Shown here one piece after another: positions 9,430 through 23,698 of a stretch of 64,000 bases of DNA; positions within the stretch are counted from its first letter, which is position 1; every line of letters starts with the position of its first letter. The position numbers and the translations under genes are program-made. Origin of the DNA: Vermamoeba vermiformis (lineage: Eukaryota); assembly GCA_045837725.1 (NCBI GenBank), contig JBEWZL010000294.1:1-64000 (forward strand). Reading direction: 5' to 3'. A model generated the notes under the pieces. It had not been told where the DNA came from and searched no databases. It worked only from the letters and a program-made list of their open reading frames with translations.

Positions 9430-9773
9430 TCTCCTTGGACAATCACTAATAAAGGCAGTCTTTATTTAAAAAAAACAAGCTCGTCTGCACAGAATTTGTT
9501 TTGTTTTAATTGCGTTATACTTAACACAAACGAATTACTTGCGTTAAATTGAGATCTGACCTCTCACAGAACGGGTGGGATAAATTGTAGGCTTCATTGA
9601 CATAGTTTGAAATAATTTATGGCAAAGAGGTATATTACGTACATAATTTAATAGCGCAGCGATTAATATGATTAACAACTTGGTGGAATAAAAACTAGCT
9701 TCAGATTCAAGTGCTCGATCCGGTTATTGCAGATCCAGATTAAAATACAAGACTTGTCCAATTATTAGGCATC

Positions 9774-11900
9774 TTATTTCTCGGGCCCCAAGGGCTTATC
9801 TTGTGAAGGCAAGCCCAAATAGTTGCGAACTCTCTCGCAGACCAGCTGCTTGTCCGCCTCTTTTTGAGGGAACACGTGCGCGTAGTTAGTTCGACCATCA
9901 GGATGCGACAACTTGCTCCACAACACTTCTCCTTCTTCCGTTGTAATTTCTAAGAAGAAAAATATTAATGAATATTTCCTTTTTAGGAAATGCCGGTACG
10001 CGACATTGAAAGTTATTGTACTTACCGAAAGAAGATAAACGAGGCAAGAATGGATTAGGCACCACGACTACATTAGGCGACACCTCTTCAATAGCTTGTT
10101 TAATGGCCATGTAATGCGTAACGTAGCCGCAGTTTGTGCAGTACTCAATATTAATCTTTTTCTTATTCTCAATGCCCTATAATATTATTAATATAGGTGC
10201 ATAAGCAGATAAATTACTTACAGTATTACGGTCCATATTGAGTTTTCCAGGAGCAGCACGTTTCTTTTCAGGAACGACCACATCCGCTTTCAAAAACAAC
10301 TGTTCAAGCTCAGGCAATGACGGGACGTAGTAATAGTTGCTATAGAGGTTCTTAGAGAACTTAAATACACCGTCTAATTCGCCTGATTCCACGTCACCAG
10401 CCATTCGATTTAACGCTGAGTCGATCTCGGATAAGAATCTGCTGAAGGCGCAGAAGAACAATCCTTCTTCGTGTTCATTGCGGAATGGATAGGCCTAGTA
10501 TACTGTAAGTACGTTATATTATTCAGACCTGAAACTTACTTGTCTGTACATAGATCCGTGACCCCGATTAGTGTGAGCATACTCGGGAGCATTTTCTAAT
10601 CTGTTTGCAGAAAAGTTAGTACCCTATATGTATAATATAAGTGTAATGTATATATTACCTAGGATTCTCAGGTCTAGTATCAAATCCCTTGTGCGGTGTA
10701 ATGGTTTTCAGATCTCGTCCCATTAAATTGTTCTTTTCTTCATCAGACATTGCTCGGAACTATTAACAAAATTATTAGCAACTTATATATAGCTATTTAA
10801 AGCGGCGGTGCATCGATTTTTACCTTTTTGAGGTCGTGCACGAATTTTCCAGCGTAAGCGTAGCATCCGCCAACATGGCTATCGGCTTTATCATTCGGGC
10901 AGTCGCCAGGGTGAATGAGTACTTGGTCAGTAAGAGCTCTAAGCATATGATCGGGGTTGCGCGTGCCATCGATGAATCTGAAATCAGATGTGGTCAGGTC
11001 TCGTGCTCCGAATTTATAAAATAAATTTGTGCTTAAAAGACTTACCCCGTCAAATCTTTACCACCATTATATGCAAAGCCAATAGTCTGAGTATAGCTTT
11101 TAACGTTGTCTTCGTTGAACTGGTTCTTTCCAAACATTTCTATGAAGGATCGAACCAGATCGATAACTGAATCAATCGTGTTTGACTTGCAAAGCACGAA
11201 TATATGGCCTCCTTCCCATTTAGGAAATACAGGCTTGCCAGTTTTCGAGTTTCGTTGGACTTTAGCTTCGAAGTCACGAAGTTCCGTTGCAGGCTTGGAG
11301 TCCCATCTGCGTACACATTAACAAAATGAATTTATACACTATAGAATACTATTATATATCCTGCTTACCTTCTCCAGATCGTAAAATTGACGCCAACAAG
11401 CGAGCAGATTGGATTATCTGGATGCGCGTCGTTGTGCTTTTGGGTGACCATTGGCAAATAAGACAAAGCTTCTTTTACTGCAGCATCGTCAAAATCATCG
11501 TTCAGAGTGACTAAATAGAATATAATTAGCAAAGTACACATTTTAATTATCAGACAAATTTAATTTAATTTTGTAAATTTGCTATGGTTTAAATTCAGTA
11601 TGGCAAGGTTCGACTTACTAGTTGTAAAAATAGTATGCTTAAAGCTCGAATTTTTAGCGTAAACTCCATTTTGCGCGTGTTGCACGAAGGGAATCTGAAT
11701 AAAAACGGATGAATAAAAAATTAAATCATTATTAAAAAATTATTACTTACTGAGGTTACGTGAGCATCGGGCCAGCCAGTTTTATCCAAAATAATTTGGA
11801 ATTTAATTTGCTCTTCTTTCGGTTCAGGAGCAGTAGTTACTTTAGCAGTGGGTTTTTCCTGGTGCACTTCGAGCGAGGCTTCAAAAGGATAGTTCAACAT
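9774..11900 (-). CDS. DyP-type peroxidase fused to a C-terminal Rdx/SelW-like CxxC domain (multi-exon)
   Basis: Spliced DLTGFIDGTRNP, AHTNRG and YYYVPS (DyP), continuing in frame to IEYCTNCGY...SSFEIT...LWSK...FP (Rdx). Confidence 0.85.
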
Positions 11901-12253
11901 AGTGGTAGTGTTGTCGTATTGGTTATTGATTGAAGTTTGAAACGTAAATTGAACCACTTAAACCAAAAAAATCTCGCATTCAGCTAAAAACTAATTCGGC
12001 TATTGCCTAAAAAGGAAATGAAATGCATTCAATGCGAATTGATGTCCCTCTGCGAAAATGGACTTTAGGAGTCAGTGTTGAGAAAGACTAAGACTAACCT
12101 AACAATTAATACATTTCGCAGCCACCGTGACTCTACGAATAATTCAGAAGGCTGCAGATCATTTATTATTTTTTTTATTTTAAAATAAACGCGTCAAACA
12201 ATGTTAGTGTTTATTCGATATCTGATAGTGCAGGTTGAACGACTTTCAGAAGT

Positions 12254-13161
12254 TTAAAATTGCAAGATTGATCCTCCCGATGCATCCAAGTTCTGACCAG
12301 TGATCCAACCACTCTTATTAGAGTCAGCCACAAATGCAACTAATTTGGCGACGTCGTCAGCTTCGCCCAATCTCTTAAACACAGATGATTCCTTAGCCGC
12401 CTCATGGAATGGTGGAAGCAACATGTCCGTGTTAATGAATCCAGGAGCGACGGTATTAATACGAATGCCTTTAGCGCCAAGTTCCTTCGCTAATACAATA
12501 GCCCATGAAGCCACCGCCACTTTTGTTGCCACGTAAACTGCCGCTGGTAAGTTTCCGTTCGCTTTCGCACCAGCAGATCCAATATTGACAATGGAACCTC
12601 CCGAGCGGATGTGAGGAAGAGCTTTTTGGGTCAAGAACAATGGAGCCTATATCATAAGTCAGTATTGTATTCTTCTGCAAAATTTTGGCGGTGGATCTTA
12701 CCTTGACGTTTGTATCGAACAAGCTATCGTACGACTGTTCAGTGATACTCGTCCAATGATCAATACTGAATATACCAGCGTTGTTAATAAGGATATCAAT
12801 ATGACCGTATTCTTTGACCACTTGATCGATCAGACTTTGATGCGTGTCAACTTTGCTGATGTCATTTTGGATTGAAATAGCACGAACTTTGAGAGATTTC
12901 AGTTCTTCTACAACCTATCACTGATGATTAGTATTTATGAACGAAAAATTGACTGTATAATTGTTGCAGAATTTGACTGCAGAATTCTTGAAGATCTGAA
13001 TTTAACGCTCGGATCTGTCAACTTACCTTTTTAGCGGCGGTGGGGTTACTAACGTAAGTAATAGCAATATCGGCACCTTCTTTAGCGAGAGCGAGGGCAA
13101 TACCAGCGCCAATACCTCTTGAGCCACCAGTTACGAGTGCGATCTTTCCTTTCAACGACAT
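12254..13161 (-). CDS. Classical short-chain dehydrogenase/reductase (FabG-like), 3 exons
   Basis: TGGSRGIG, NNAG, YVATK, PGFINTDM, ITGQNLDASGG. Confidence 0.92.
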
Positions 13162-13968
13162 TTTTGAGTTGTTTGGTGAGTGTCTTTAATAAGCTTTGTT
13201 GTTTAATTTGTTTTTGATTGAATAAGCTTATGATCTAGATGAGTATTTATAATTGCCGATTACTTCGGCGGTGGAAATTTCGGAGGTAGAACGGAAGCGG
13301 CAAGCTTCCATAAATGGTAAATCTTCGAACCAACGGAGTTTTAGAAGGTCACGAATATCGTAATCAGATATTGCAAATGACTTGACGTCAATTTCTTAGG
13401 ATGCGTAGCTACAGTAACAGTTAATGACTGGTTGAGACAAGATCCGGCTGGAGCTTCAACACTTGTCGGGACTGAAGCTAACTACACGATCGCTACTCGC
13501 ATTGCATCCGCAATCGCCAACTTCAAGAATAACGCGCGGCAAAGTCCAAAATGGGCAAAACAGATCCAGATTTAGCTATGTAAATCTTAGAATACGCATT
13601 GAAGACAGCTGTCGAACTTCACAGTTCGTGTTCTAACCACAGTGCATTTACGAGCGTTTTTGCCGATCTCATTATATCACCCATCGTCCGTCGTTTATCT
13701 CTTTCATTCGCACCATTTTTTGCAGCAGAAAAGTGACATTTTTGCCCGTGAACGAACTAACTGTAAGGAGTCAGTCTTGTCGAAGACTAAGATGCACTCG
13801 GATTGGCCTAAACATAATAATTTATTACATTTTACAAGTCAAGTTCAGTGCCAAAAAATTAAGAATAAGATAAAATAACAACAATATTCGGTCTCATACT
13901 ACTTAATACTATAAAGTACTAAGGATTAAACTCTTGATCCGAGATCGGATTTCAAAACAAAAACGCAT

Positions 13969-15672
13969 CTAGTAAAAGTACGTAGCTGGGGTGCTAGTCG
14001 TGCGCATGACGGTAACTTGAGGTTGTTGCACAGGTAGCACGTTATTAACCTGCTGGCACAACGGACATCGCACCAGACCTCCAGCAGCGGCTGCCTGGAA
14101 CGAAGTACGGCAGATGGCGCACATAACTGACTGCATTGCTGGCTGACTCACTGTGCGCTGAATGGTAGTAGTGCCATATGGATTATATGTAGTCTGCGTC
14201 ACCACCTATGAATTCAAAGCATTAGAATCGATTCAGATCTCGAATATTATGCGTAAGAATCAATTTCCTAGCTTTCTTGCGTAGCTTGCAGCAATAATTA
14301 TTTCCAGTAATAATGCGGCTAAATAACTGACCAATCATTAAAAGCAAAAAAAAAATTTCAATTGAGCCAATAACAACAAAATTTGCCAGTACAAAACCAA
14401 TTAAAACGCATCGCGTAATTGGCGGATTAACCGTTGTTAATATCAAATGTAAAAGTACTTTGGTTAATGGCCGTCCTAAATCGATGAAGCAGTAATTTGT
14501 CGTTCAAACTTACTTGAGGAGAGGGTTGCGGGATCACGGGTGAATAAGTCTGCATGAACACGGGTTGTGGCGGTGGTTGTACAATAATTTGTTGTGGAGG
14601 TGGTTGTTGCATAATAATAGGCTGAGGTTGGGGTTGCGTAACGAGGATTTGTTGAGGTGGTTGCACTGGCTGTTGGACTTGCTGTACTGTTTGTTGGACT
14701 GTTGTTTGGGGTCTATATGAAATGATTACGGTTTAGCTAATTTGTTCGTATGTTATTAATAAAAATTGGAGAATAGGAATATGCGCTGGATCCGCCAAAA
14801 AATTTGTTTTTGATGGCCGGCGTTAATTGGGTGATTTAATTGATGAAAATGCGAAGTATGCAACCATTATGTAATGGTTAGGTACGCTAGAAATAGAACA
14901 GCTTCAACGAATAAAAAATGATGAAATTTCTAGCAAAAATACGGATCGCGTGCAATAGCGTATGAGGCTTACGGTGGAGTGGGTTGAGGAGGTGTAGGCT
15001 GTCTAGCTTGTACTACTAGCTTCTTAGCTCGTTCAATTCCTTCTGTAATTGCCTAATGACCGGTTACGATAAGCCCATAAAAATTAAATTTGAGGGATCT
15101 GACTCACCAAGTACCAATCTTCTATTTCTTTCGTGGGATTAATACCGTCGTATGTAATTTTAAATTCCTTTCCGCCAAACGAGCCAACTACTAATGTGTA
15201 ACTGTCTTGGCGTCGAACATACGCTTGATCTAATGGCACTGTTCCTTTTCTGCGATCGTTCTAATAATGTTAACGCGGTCAATATTTTGAAAATCAAGTT
15301 ATGTGTTCGTTTTGAGAAGCATAAGCGAATTGAAATTGTGCAGATTGGATTAATTCTGTATTTACAAAGACAAGACAAAGACTAGTCTGCAATGTACAAT
15401 AAAATAATACAGAAATATTTTTAAAATTATTATTGAGCATAAAGGCTCGTAAACAAGAAATTTTTGACTTTTGATCAAGTGAGAAAATTCGCCTGAGCAT
15501 AAAATTTATTCTTTAGGCTATTAATAAGGTAAAATATAATACTTACGGGTGCAGTATACCAATCCAAATATCGGTCAGTTAATATAATATATCGGCGCTT
15601 AGAAGACTTGTCGGCATGACCTCGTCCTCCTTTTTTTCTGAACCAACCTTCTCTATGCACTTTATCGCTCAT
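13969..15672 (-). CDS. PH-domain protein with a Pro/Gln-rich linker and an LSD1-like C4 zinc ribbon
   Basis: REGWFRKKGG...KRRYIIL...LDWY; C-terminal CAIC...VRCPLC. Confidence 0.8.
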
Positions 15673-15990
15673 TATTATAAAGAGTATTTAAATATATAGT
15701 AAAAGTACAAATTAAATATAATACAGTTGTTGATCTGAAGTGAGTAATGTTTAGAAATGATTTTTTTCTGGTTTGTGCATTCTTGTTCCTAAAACCTCGA
15801 GAACGAACACAAATCTGCTAATACTCGAGTGGCAATGTATATATCGAGCACCCTAATTAGTCTGGGTCTCCAAGTTTGCAGATTTTGACCTGGGCTCCAG
15901 AAAACTCTAAAGCCTCTGTCGGTTTTACTTCATCATTTTTTATGTAGAAGAGCAAAGGTTGTTGTAATAATTAAACGTTAAAAACGCGCA

Positions 15991-16907
15991 ATGGAGTAAG
16001 TAGCCTCTGACCTTTGTCAGTTTGATTGTAAACAAAAATTATTTCTTTTGGGATGATTTTTACTAAATGGCATATTTAAGTCTAAGACTAATATTAATTA
16101 TTTGGAATTTATTTTTACTTTTTGATACCAAATATTGCGAGCGAAACCACCGATCAGATGATCGCTCCGGCGCCAGTTAAAATTTTAACTCTGAGTTATT
16201 AACACCGTGATTCAATAACAGGTCCATGTTGCTTATCGACAGTGTAACCGTTCAGGCACCAGCGAGCATGCCGTCTGAAATTCCTGTCGAAGAGCCAACC
16301 AAATCCGTTCATTTTGCGCCTTTGCCCGACAAACACTACGCACCATTAACTGCGCAACGAATTGAGCGAAGAAACCGACGTAAACGTAATTACAGAGATA
16401 ACAAACAGAAGCCGTCTGCGGATGAGCGTAAGTGACCACATTCAACAACTAGGCATGCTTCAAGAGTATAATAGCACCAAATTAATACACTAGACGACTA
16501 TTTAGTAATTATATGAGACTAGCACCGTTACTTTAATGTTAAATTAGCTCGATCTGCAGATGCCGTTACGAGCTTCTTAAGCTGCCTAATATTACTGCAT
16601 TATGTTCTATAAATATATTACACCATGTTACACATATATTGGCGATATTGACTGTCTTCGTTACTATGTAACCTTACAACAGTTCAAATAGAATAATCCG
16701 GCTCATAGTCATCTTCAAGTTTACTTATTTAGTGTATGGCAACCTTATGTATGATTTTAATTCTTGCATCGTATAGGTTCCAGTTCAGATCTCGACCAAC
16801 TGGTGGCGTCAAGCTCGAGCTCCAGTTTGTTGAAATGGCTCATCCTTTTTCTTTTGCTGTTTATTGCCGTTATGCAGGTGAAAATCTTCTATAAATTATA
16901 TAGATAG
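15991..16907 (+). CDS. Small hypothetical tail-anchored membrane protein
   Basis: A 5-nt first exon (ATGGA|gtaagt) joins ORF 16226 in frame; the last exon encodes WLILFLLLFIAVMQVKIFYKLYR*. Confidence 0.55.
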
Positions 16908-17009
16908 ACATGTACGCCGTACTTTTAAGTATATGACACCGGAATAAATTTGTTGACGCAGCGCATTGCGCAAAATCGATTTTGGTTTCAATTTTTTTAT
17001 TTGTTGACA

Positions 17010-18580
17010 ATGGAGGCACAACAACGAAGTGATATTTTCTTTCTCTTACCCTCAGAGTTGCTAGTCGATATTTTGTTATTGACTAACAAACAAACGATTG
17101 TAAGCTTCGCTTCTCTGAATCTGCGTTTTCGAGATCTTTTCGACCGCGAAAACGGCTTATGGCAGCAAATTACATGCAGAATATTTCATTGGGGAAATAG
17201 AGGTACGTTTGGGCTGCTTTTAGCCAATAATGCTTTGAATTGCATAAGTGAGTTGACTTCACTTAATTTTTAAAAATTAATTATGGAAACTAAGTGGTTT
17301 AAATTATAGGTTATTAATAAATACGCAAATATTGATCATGGCTGAATTTTTAAAAATTTTGTTCCGTAGAAAAGTCACTTAGTGTCAGATCTCCACTTAC
17401 TCAACATATTTTTATTAATAGAAATCAAACAATTATTACAAGAGCAAGGGGGCATTGATTGGAAGAAAGAATTTCGCGTGACATCGTTCTACAACGAGAA
17501 GATCTGCAACAATATTTTAATCAGCGATGAACGCCAGCCGCAAGCGAAATTTCTTACTAAAATAGCTGACGATCACTTTAAATTCAAACGAGACCTTGAT
17601 GACTACGAATTTGATGTTATCTATTTTGTAAGTAATTGGAATTCTGATCCACTTTCTAATTTTAGACTACCGTTAGATTATTAATACTATTTTCTTAGTC
17701 TATGCAAAGTACTACGCGATTGTATCCTCATCCTATTGGTAATTTCACCGTGGCTTATTACGAAGTAGAATTATTGCCGAGTAGTCCGTAAGTCGTCGTA
17801 AATTTGCCTTGCTCAGCGTGAAATACTAAAATATTCATAATATAATGAAAATATAATCAGAAATATAATAATATTATGACTACGAAAATGTATAACTTAA
17901 TTTCGGTTTAAATTGTGGCCGGATCAGATCGCAAGTGCCCTTTTTGTATGCTTCGAAGACGAATGAATCCTTATTAATGTATATTCTAGTACTGCAATGG
18001 TCACAGTTGGTGCCGCACTTGAAGGCTACATCGATTCATTGCCAGGCATTGGACGTAATTCATTCGGATATTGTAACGACGGACGAGTCGGTCTAGAATG
18101 CGAACTCGCACCTGAAGACGTGCCTAAAGTCGATGTTGGTGACACGAGTACGTTATTGTATAGTTTATAATATTATATATTTGATAGACAGTGAGTTCAA
18201 TTTTAGCGGTCCGATGAAATTTCTATATATCGCTAAATTAACAAGATAGATTATAATCTGTATCACCGTAATACATATTATTATTAATTATTAACGTTTA
18301 ATGATTCTTTTTCGAAACAGTGGGCTTCGGCATCAATTATGAAAATCTATCAGTGTTCTTTACGAAGAACGGCAAAATAGTCAAAGAAGTACGAGAAGAT
18401 TATTCAAAGTACCCATTATTGCATTTAAAGGCTCTACATGCTACAGTAGGCATGGTATACGATCCTGAAATCAAACTCAATTTCGGCGCGAAGCCGTTCA
18501 AATTTGATATATTGAAGTATCAACAGCAGCACTGTAATACCGCAAAATTGCAACTGTATTCGCAGAGAAGTAAGTACTAA
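17010..18580 (+). CDS. F-box and SPRY domain protein
   Basis: LLPSELLVDIL (F-box); YYEVE, LPG...SFGY, GFGIN...VFFTKNG, NFGAKPFKFD (SPRY). Confidence 0.85.
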
Positions 18581-18793
18581 CATATTTGGACCAATTAGAG
18601 GTCGTCTAAAAATAGAATCAATTTTTCGATTAATTTAAGACAACATTATCATCGGTATTAGACAGTGGTTAATTAGTTTATCGAATTTGAATTTTGTACT
18701 AACGGTTTGAAATTTCCAGTGCGACACCACGTAACAGCCGATTCAATGTCAGATCTACTATTTCACTTCAAAAAACTTAATCTTAAGACAACA

Positions 18794-20470
18794 ATGTCGG
18801 ACTACAATATTCCCAAGTCCTCCAATATCAGTCCGTTCTTGTACATGATCAATTACATGCGCGAACCACCAGGTTGGAGAGGCGAGCCTATCAATCCTAT
18901 GATATTTCAAGCCATGAGGCTTTGCCAGGCGATCATCAACTCCGCCTCCTTGTTACCTTCGTAAGTCATCAGCGTATCTATTTATTATTGTTAGAACATC
19001 AACGTGCGCAAGTCGTGCCCAAGCCTCGATTGGATTTTGAACGCCTTAAGTTGAATAACCATTATTAATCTTCTTGTTTTATAGGCTTGGTAACTCGCCT
19101 ATTTCTGTTGCTGTCGTTCAACACATTGCATCACGTATGGACTTCGTATGTATTATTACCAAAATAGGAAATTTACGTTAATACTGTGCAACTAACTAAC
19201 CAATTTAATAGCAATCAGAAGGACTGCCATGGGATGAGCTGGTCAAAAAATCAATCGATCAAGCGTACGAGTGGTGGTTTCAACAATTGCTCAGCATTAT
19301 TTCGCTTTGTAACGAACATCTCATTGAAACCTTGTTCGTAAGTATTACGAAGTTACACAAGCGGTAATAGAATGGACTAGTGCTGATATATATCTATAGG
19401 AGAACTTCTGGTCCAGCGGAGCATTGGCGTTGCATTTATTCGGTACAAATATTTCATTTATTTTTTCTTCGAAATAGCGAGTATTAATAAGATTATTTAG
19501 CACATGATATACCTACCGAACATTACGCTATTCAAGCGGCAGCAGCCTGTTTGAATTTTCTGGTCAACGCGGAGCCCAGTACAAAACGTACATTTACGTT
19601 TGAAGACGTTACTGAGCTGGGTCTTAATGCATATCAAACAATATTCTCGTACGTATCTTATGCATTACTTAAATCTATATGTCCTAATATGATATCTCAG
19701 GATGAGACCAATGGCGTCTTTGTACGCATCCGTGGACGATGCTAAAGAGCAGTTAGCAAAGCAAGAGAAGGATGCTAAAGTAAGTTCCGGCAATTGAGCA
19801 TAATTTATGACATAATAGCTCCATTTATTTAGTATTAATATGAAAAATTATTCTAAAACTTTGTCGCGTACTGGATCCGCTCGAACTAATTTAATTTCTA
19901 TTTTAGCGTGCATATGGACCAGACGAAGAGTTAGAAGCGTTATTTAAAGACCCCACAAAATTCCAACTGCCTAAGCAAGCACTCCCGCTGGGCTACAAGA
20001 AAAAATTCAACCCGATTTTTGTTGCGTCTTGGGAAGCGCTCGATGGCATCTCGGGAGTGATTATTAATGGTATATATGACTTAAATATACCGATAGATAA
20101 GCACGACACGCAAGAAGAGTTCCTCAAAGAAGCCAGATCTTTGGTGGCGCAGAAGATCAACACTGAACTTGTCGTAGAATTCGTTGAATCATGCTTAGAA
20201 GACCTAGAAAATCATTACGATGAAGATTTGGTGAACAAAACAGGTCCTGTAGAGCTCATTTTGGGTTTTAAGCCTGGATCGGTCAAAGGGCTCAAATCTA
20301 GACTACGAACGTTTTTGACAAAAGCTTTGAAAGTACATAAGAACCCTCCGAGCAGAATGCAGTGGCTGAAGAACAAATTAAGCAATCGTTGGGTCTTTGG
20401 TGCAGGTCTCGCGTTGATCGCAGCTGTTGGTGCTTATTGGATGCGAAAGAAACTTTCTGAAGATAGATAA
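18794..20470 (+). CDS. Hypothetical protein with a C-terminal transmembrane anchor
   Basis: Consistent GT-AG exon chain ending WVFGAGLALIAAVGAYWMRKK. Confidence 0.65.
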
Positions 20471-20642
20471 TAATACCCTTTTTATCTTGCTATTACCACT
20501 CTTGCTTGATATGAATATTACAATATTACGATATTACAAAACGTTGAACAGCCCAATTATAGGTACAATTCGACGAATAAGCCATGTGACGCATTTTTAA
20601 CCCTCTTTTTGGCTCAAAATAATTATCTTTATAACGTAGAGA

Positions 20643-21480
20643 ATGCAGACAATAGTATTTTCAGCTCTGGTACTTTTCAGCGCTGTTGTAAGCGCACAAC
20701 CGACGCTAGATGTGCCGAGCGTATTAACTTGCCAAAACGTTAATTATACTTACAACGACGGAAATGCGCTATGGAGTGCTTATGGACGATACTGGTACGT
20801 CTCTAAATGCATTCCAAAAATTAAATATTAAAATTTATTTTTGTACCGTTCAACAGAAATATTGATCGAAATTAATTATTAATAATTTAGGATGAGCTCA
20901 AAATGGGGAGACAATAGGTCTTTTGCCACCCAGACTAACGATCCCTTAACATTATTGCGTCTTACTTATGGCGCGCCTTATGGAAGCCCCACTGAAATCT
21001 GCACTATTCAGCCTCAGGATAGAATATGCACTACTAACGAGGACAACGGAGTGACTAGCATTTATACCACTATTGCTGAACTTGGCCAATACGTTGGTAC
21101 GTTTCGGATTTACCGATCCATCGAACGAGAAATTTCTTATAACATTTCTGCGTGCTCCAGGCGTCGAGACTGTTAATGGAATTAAGTGCAACAAATGGTT
21201 TGCTAGCACTAAACAAGGTCTCTTCACCGGCCAGTACTACTTGTGGACGGATGTGGATGTGGCTTTCGGATTCCACATGCCTGTTCGTTATACTTCTTTC
21301 GAATCTTGGATAGCGGGATCTACAACAACGATGCAAATGGACTTTTTGAGCGTGTGCACGCGTCAAACACCACCAGATGGTACTTTTAGTTTCCCTTTTT
21401 ATTGCCCTGTCCTCCAACGGCCCGTTGCTGCTTCCCCACGAGTAGTCTGGAGACCTCCAGCCTTTGCCGGGCAAGAATGA
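20643..21480 (+). CDS. Secreted ependymin-related (LolA/EPDR-fold) protein
   Basis: Signal peptide; GVETVNGIKCNKW, MPVRY and PPDGTFSFPFYCP patterns; 3 exons. Confidence 0.6.
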
Positions 21481-22130
21481 GGCACGTGATCACCACTGAT
21501 GGATCCGTTTGACTTATTCGCGATATAACTTTTGTTCCTTTGTAATTAGCCATAAAATAGAATAGCCTACTTCTTGTCTGCCTTAGAGAATTCTAAAAAA
21601 CGTACCGGCTAGGATAAATGGAAGCTATCCCATTGCTAAATTGCGTTCTATTTTTATTCTATTTTTTTTTTGATCTCAGTTAATTTTATTCAACCAGACC
21701 GCACGACCACACCCTTAAATATATTCAATTTTCTATGGCTTTTCAGGCGTGCACGAGTTAATTTAACCTGCGTGGGTTGCTTGATTGCAAGTACTCATCC
21801 AGGTAACAGCGCTGGCCATATTTCGATTTATTAATGCCACTAAATATGCTGCTCAGTCAAAATTAAGCCAAACAATCTTTGCAAAGCGAAAGCTATTCCC
21901 TGCCAAGGTCAGTTTTTCGATCGGCTCAATTTTCGTAGCTTGGCTAGGCGCATCTAATTATTCAACCAGTAAAAATACACTGCAAGGTAATATAATATTT
22001 TTTTTAATTTAATAAGCATTAATATTTCGAGAGAAAGCGAGTTAACTTTGCCTCGATCGAAAATTTGTCTCGTGTCCTCGTACGAGAAGCAACAAAACAT
22101 TATTTTTCTCGTTCAATTCATTAATTCTAA

Positions 22131-23420
22131 ATGATGAAAGAAGGAAAGTCACTCCTATTCAGCAAAATAACCTCATTTTTGTTTGGCGCTTTGTTCGGAT
22201 TCGCAGCAATACAACAATACTCAAACATTTCAACAGACAATAATACTAGCATGAAACACGTTGTACTATTGGGCGATAGCATTCTAGATAACGGCAAGTC
22301 TCAAAGCATTATTACTTTACAAACTGTTCTCAACGTGCTGTAAAGCTTTACACCAGTTTATCACCTTTATTTTTCTTCGTAATAATAATTACTATATACC
22401 AAGGTATATTAATCGAATAATTTAATAACATTATCAATTCGCCATTCTTGATATAAACGGAAATTATTTTATTAGTCGATCTGTTTACACGTGGTAAGTC
22501 TGACGTTTCATTTCTTATAGGAGTCTATGTGCGCGACCAATCAGGTTCAGTCATTTCACAATTAAAATCAGCCGTAGAACCCAAAGGATGGCGCGCTACT
22601 TTGTGCGCTGTTGACGGCAATGTTATTTCTCGCATCCACCGCCAACTAAAGACAGTGCCTAAAGACGCCACGCACTACGTCGTATCGATTGGTAAGTACC
22701 ATAATAATAATTGTTAGCATTGCCAAGTTAACACGAGATCATGGATCTGACCAACAACAATTCAATTCGAATCAATTTTTTCACAGCTTACTATTCGTCT
22801 TATTATTGAACCTCGTATTAATATATATTATATATGTAGGTGGTAATAATGCGTTGGGTAACTTAGGCGTGTTATCTCAACCCGTGACAAATGTACGGGA
22901 CGGGCTGTTGAAGTTGAACGAAGTCAAGAAGAAATTTCAACGAGAGTATCAAGAAATGCTACACGAAGTGCTAAAACATAATGTACCTGTTACTTTATGT
23001 ACGATATATAACCCGAGGTAAGTATACTAAGTATACCAAGTCTTTTTTTGGTGGCAAAAAGTGGATGTGATCACCTTTTTTAGATCGGATCTAATTTTGG
23101 TACTTTAGATTTGATAGCAAAACAGACCAAGCAGCAGCATCAATAGGCTTAAATGTGCTTAATGATGTGATTATAGCTGAAGCGGCAAAGGCTGGTTTGC
23201 CGATCGTGGATCTGCGAGTAATTTTTACTGAATACGATGACTATGCGAACAGTATTGAACCTGGTTCGTATAATAGATATTAGGTATTATACATAATGAG
23301 TACTAATAGGGATTTAAATTAGGTGTTAAAGGAGGTGCTAAGATCGTGAAGAACATTGTACGGATCTTGGACGAGCATGACTTCAATGCGAAAAAATCGA
23401 CGATTTATTGTGATATATAA
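22131..23420 (+). CDS. SGNH/GDSL hydrolase family protein
   Basis: VVLLGDSILDNG, SIGGNN, TIYNP; first intron is GC-AG. Confidence 0.85.
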
Positions 23421-23698
23421 CCTTCCCTAAGTAAAGGTACGAATTTAAACTTAAAAAATTAATGCAAAGGTTCAAAAAGATTCTCAGTTTCGATCCAATT
23501 TTCTCGACTTGAGTAATTAACGCGTCATTATTGGTAGTATATAGTTACGGATATATGACGCTAATAGCGGACAATAATTAAAAATACTGAAAGAAGATTT
23601 GGTCAATTAAGGCGGCAATTTAAATACATTAGCGACGACTTAACTGATTGTTTAAAGAAACATCAAATCTATAATCTTTTTGAAACATAATACCACAC

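Noticed and set aside
10120-10150. Selenocysteine in the Rdx domain
   Set aside because: Both codons of CxxC are TGC; there is no in-frame TGA.
13400-13580. Exon-like open frame (VNDWLRQDPAG...)
   Set aside because: No compatible start exon found.
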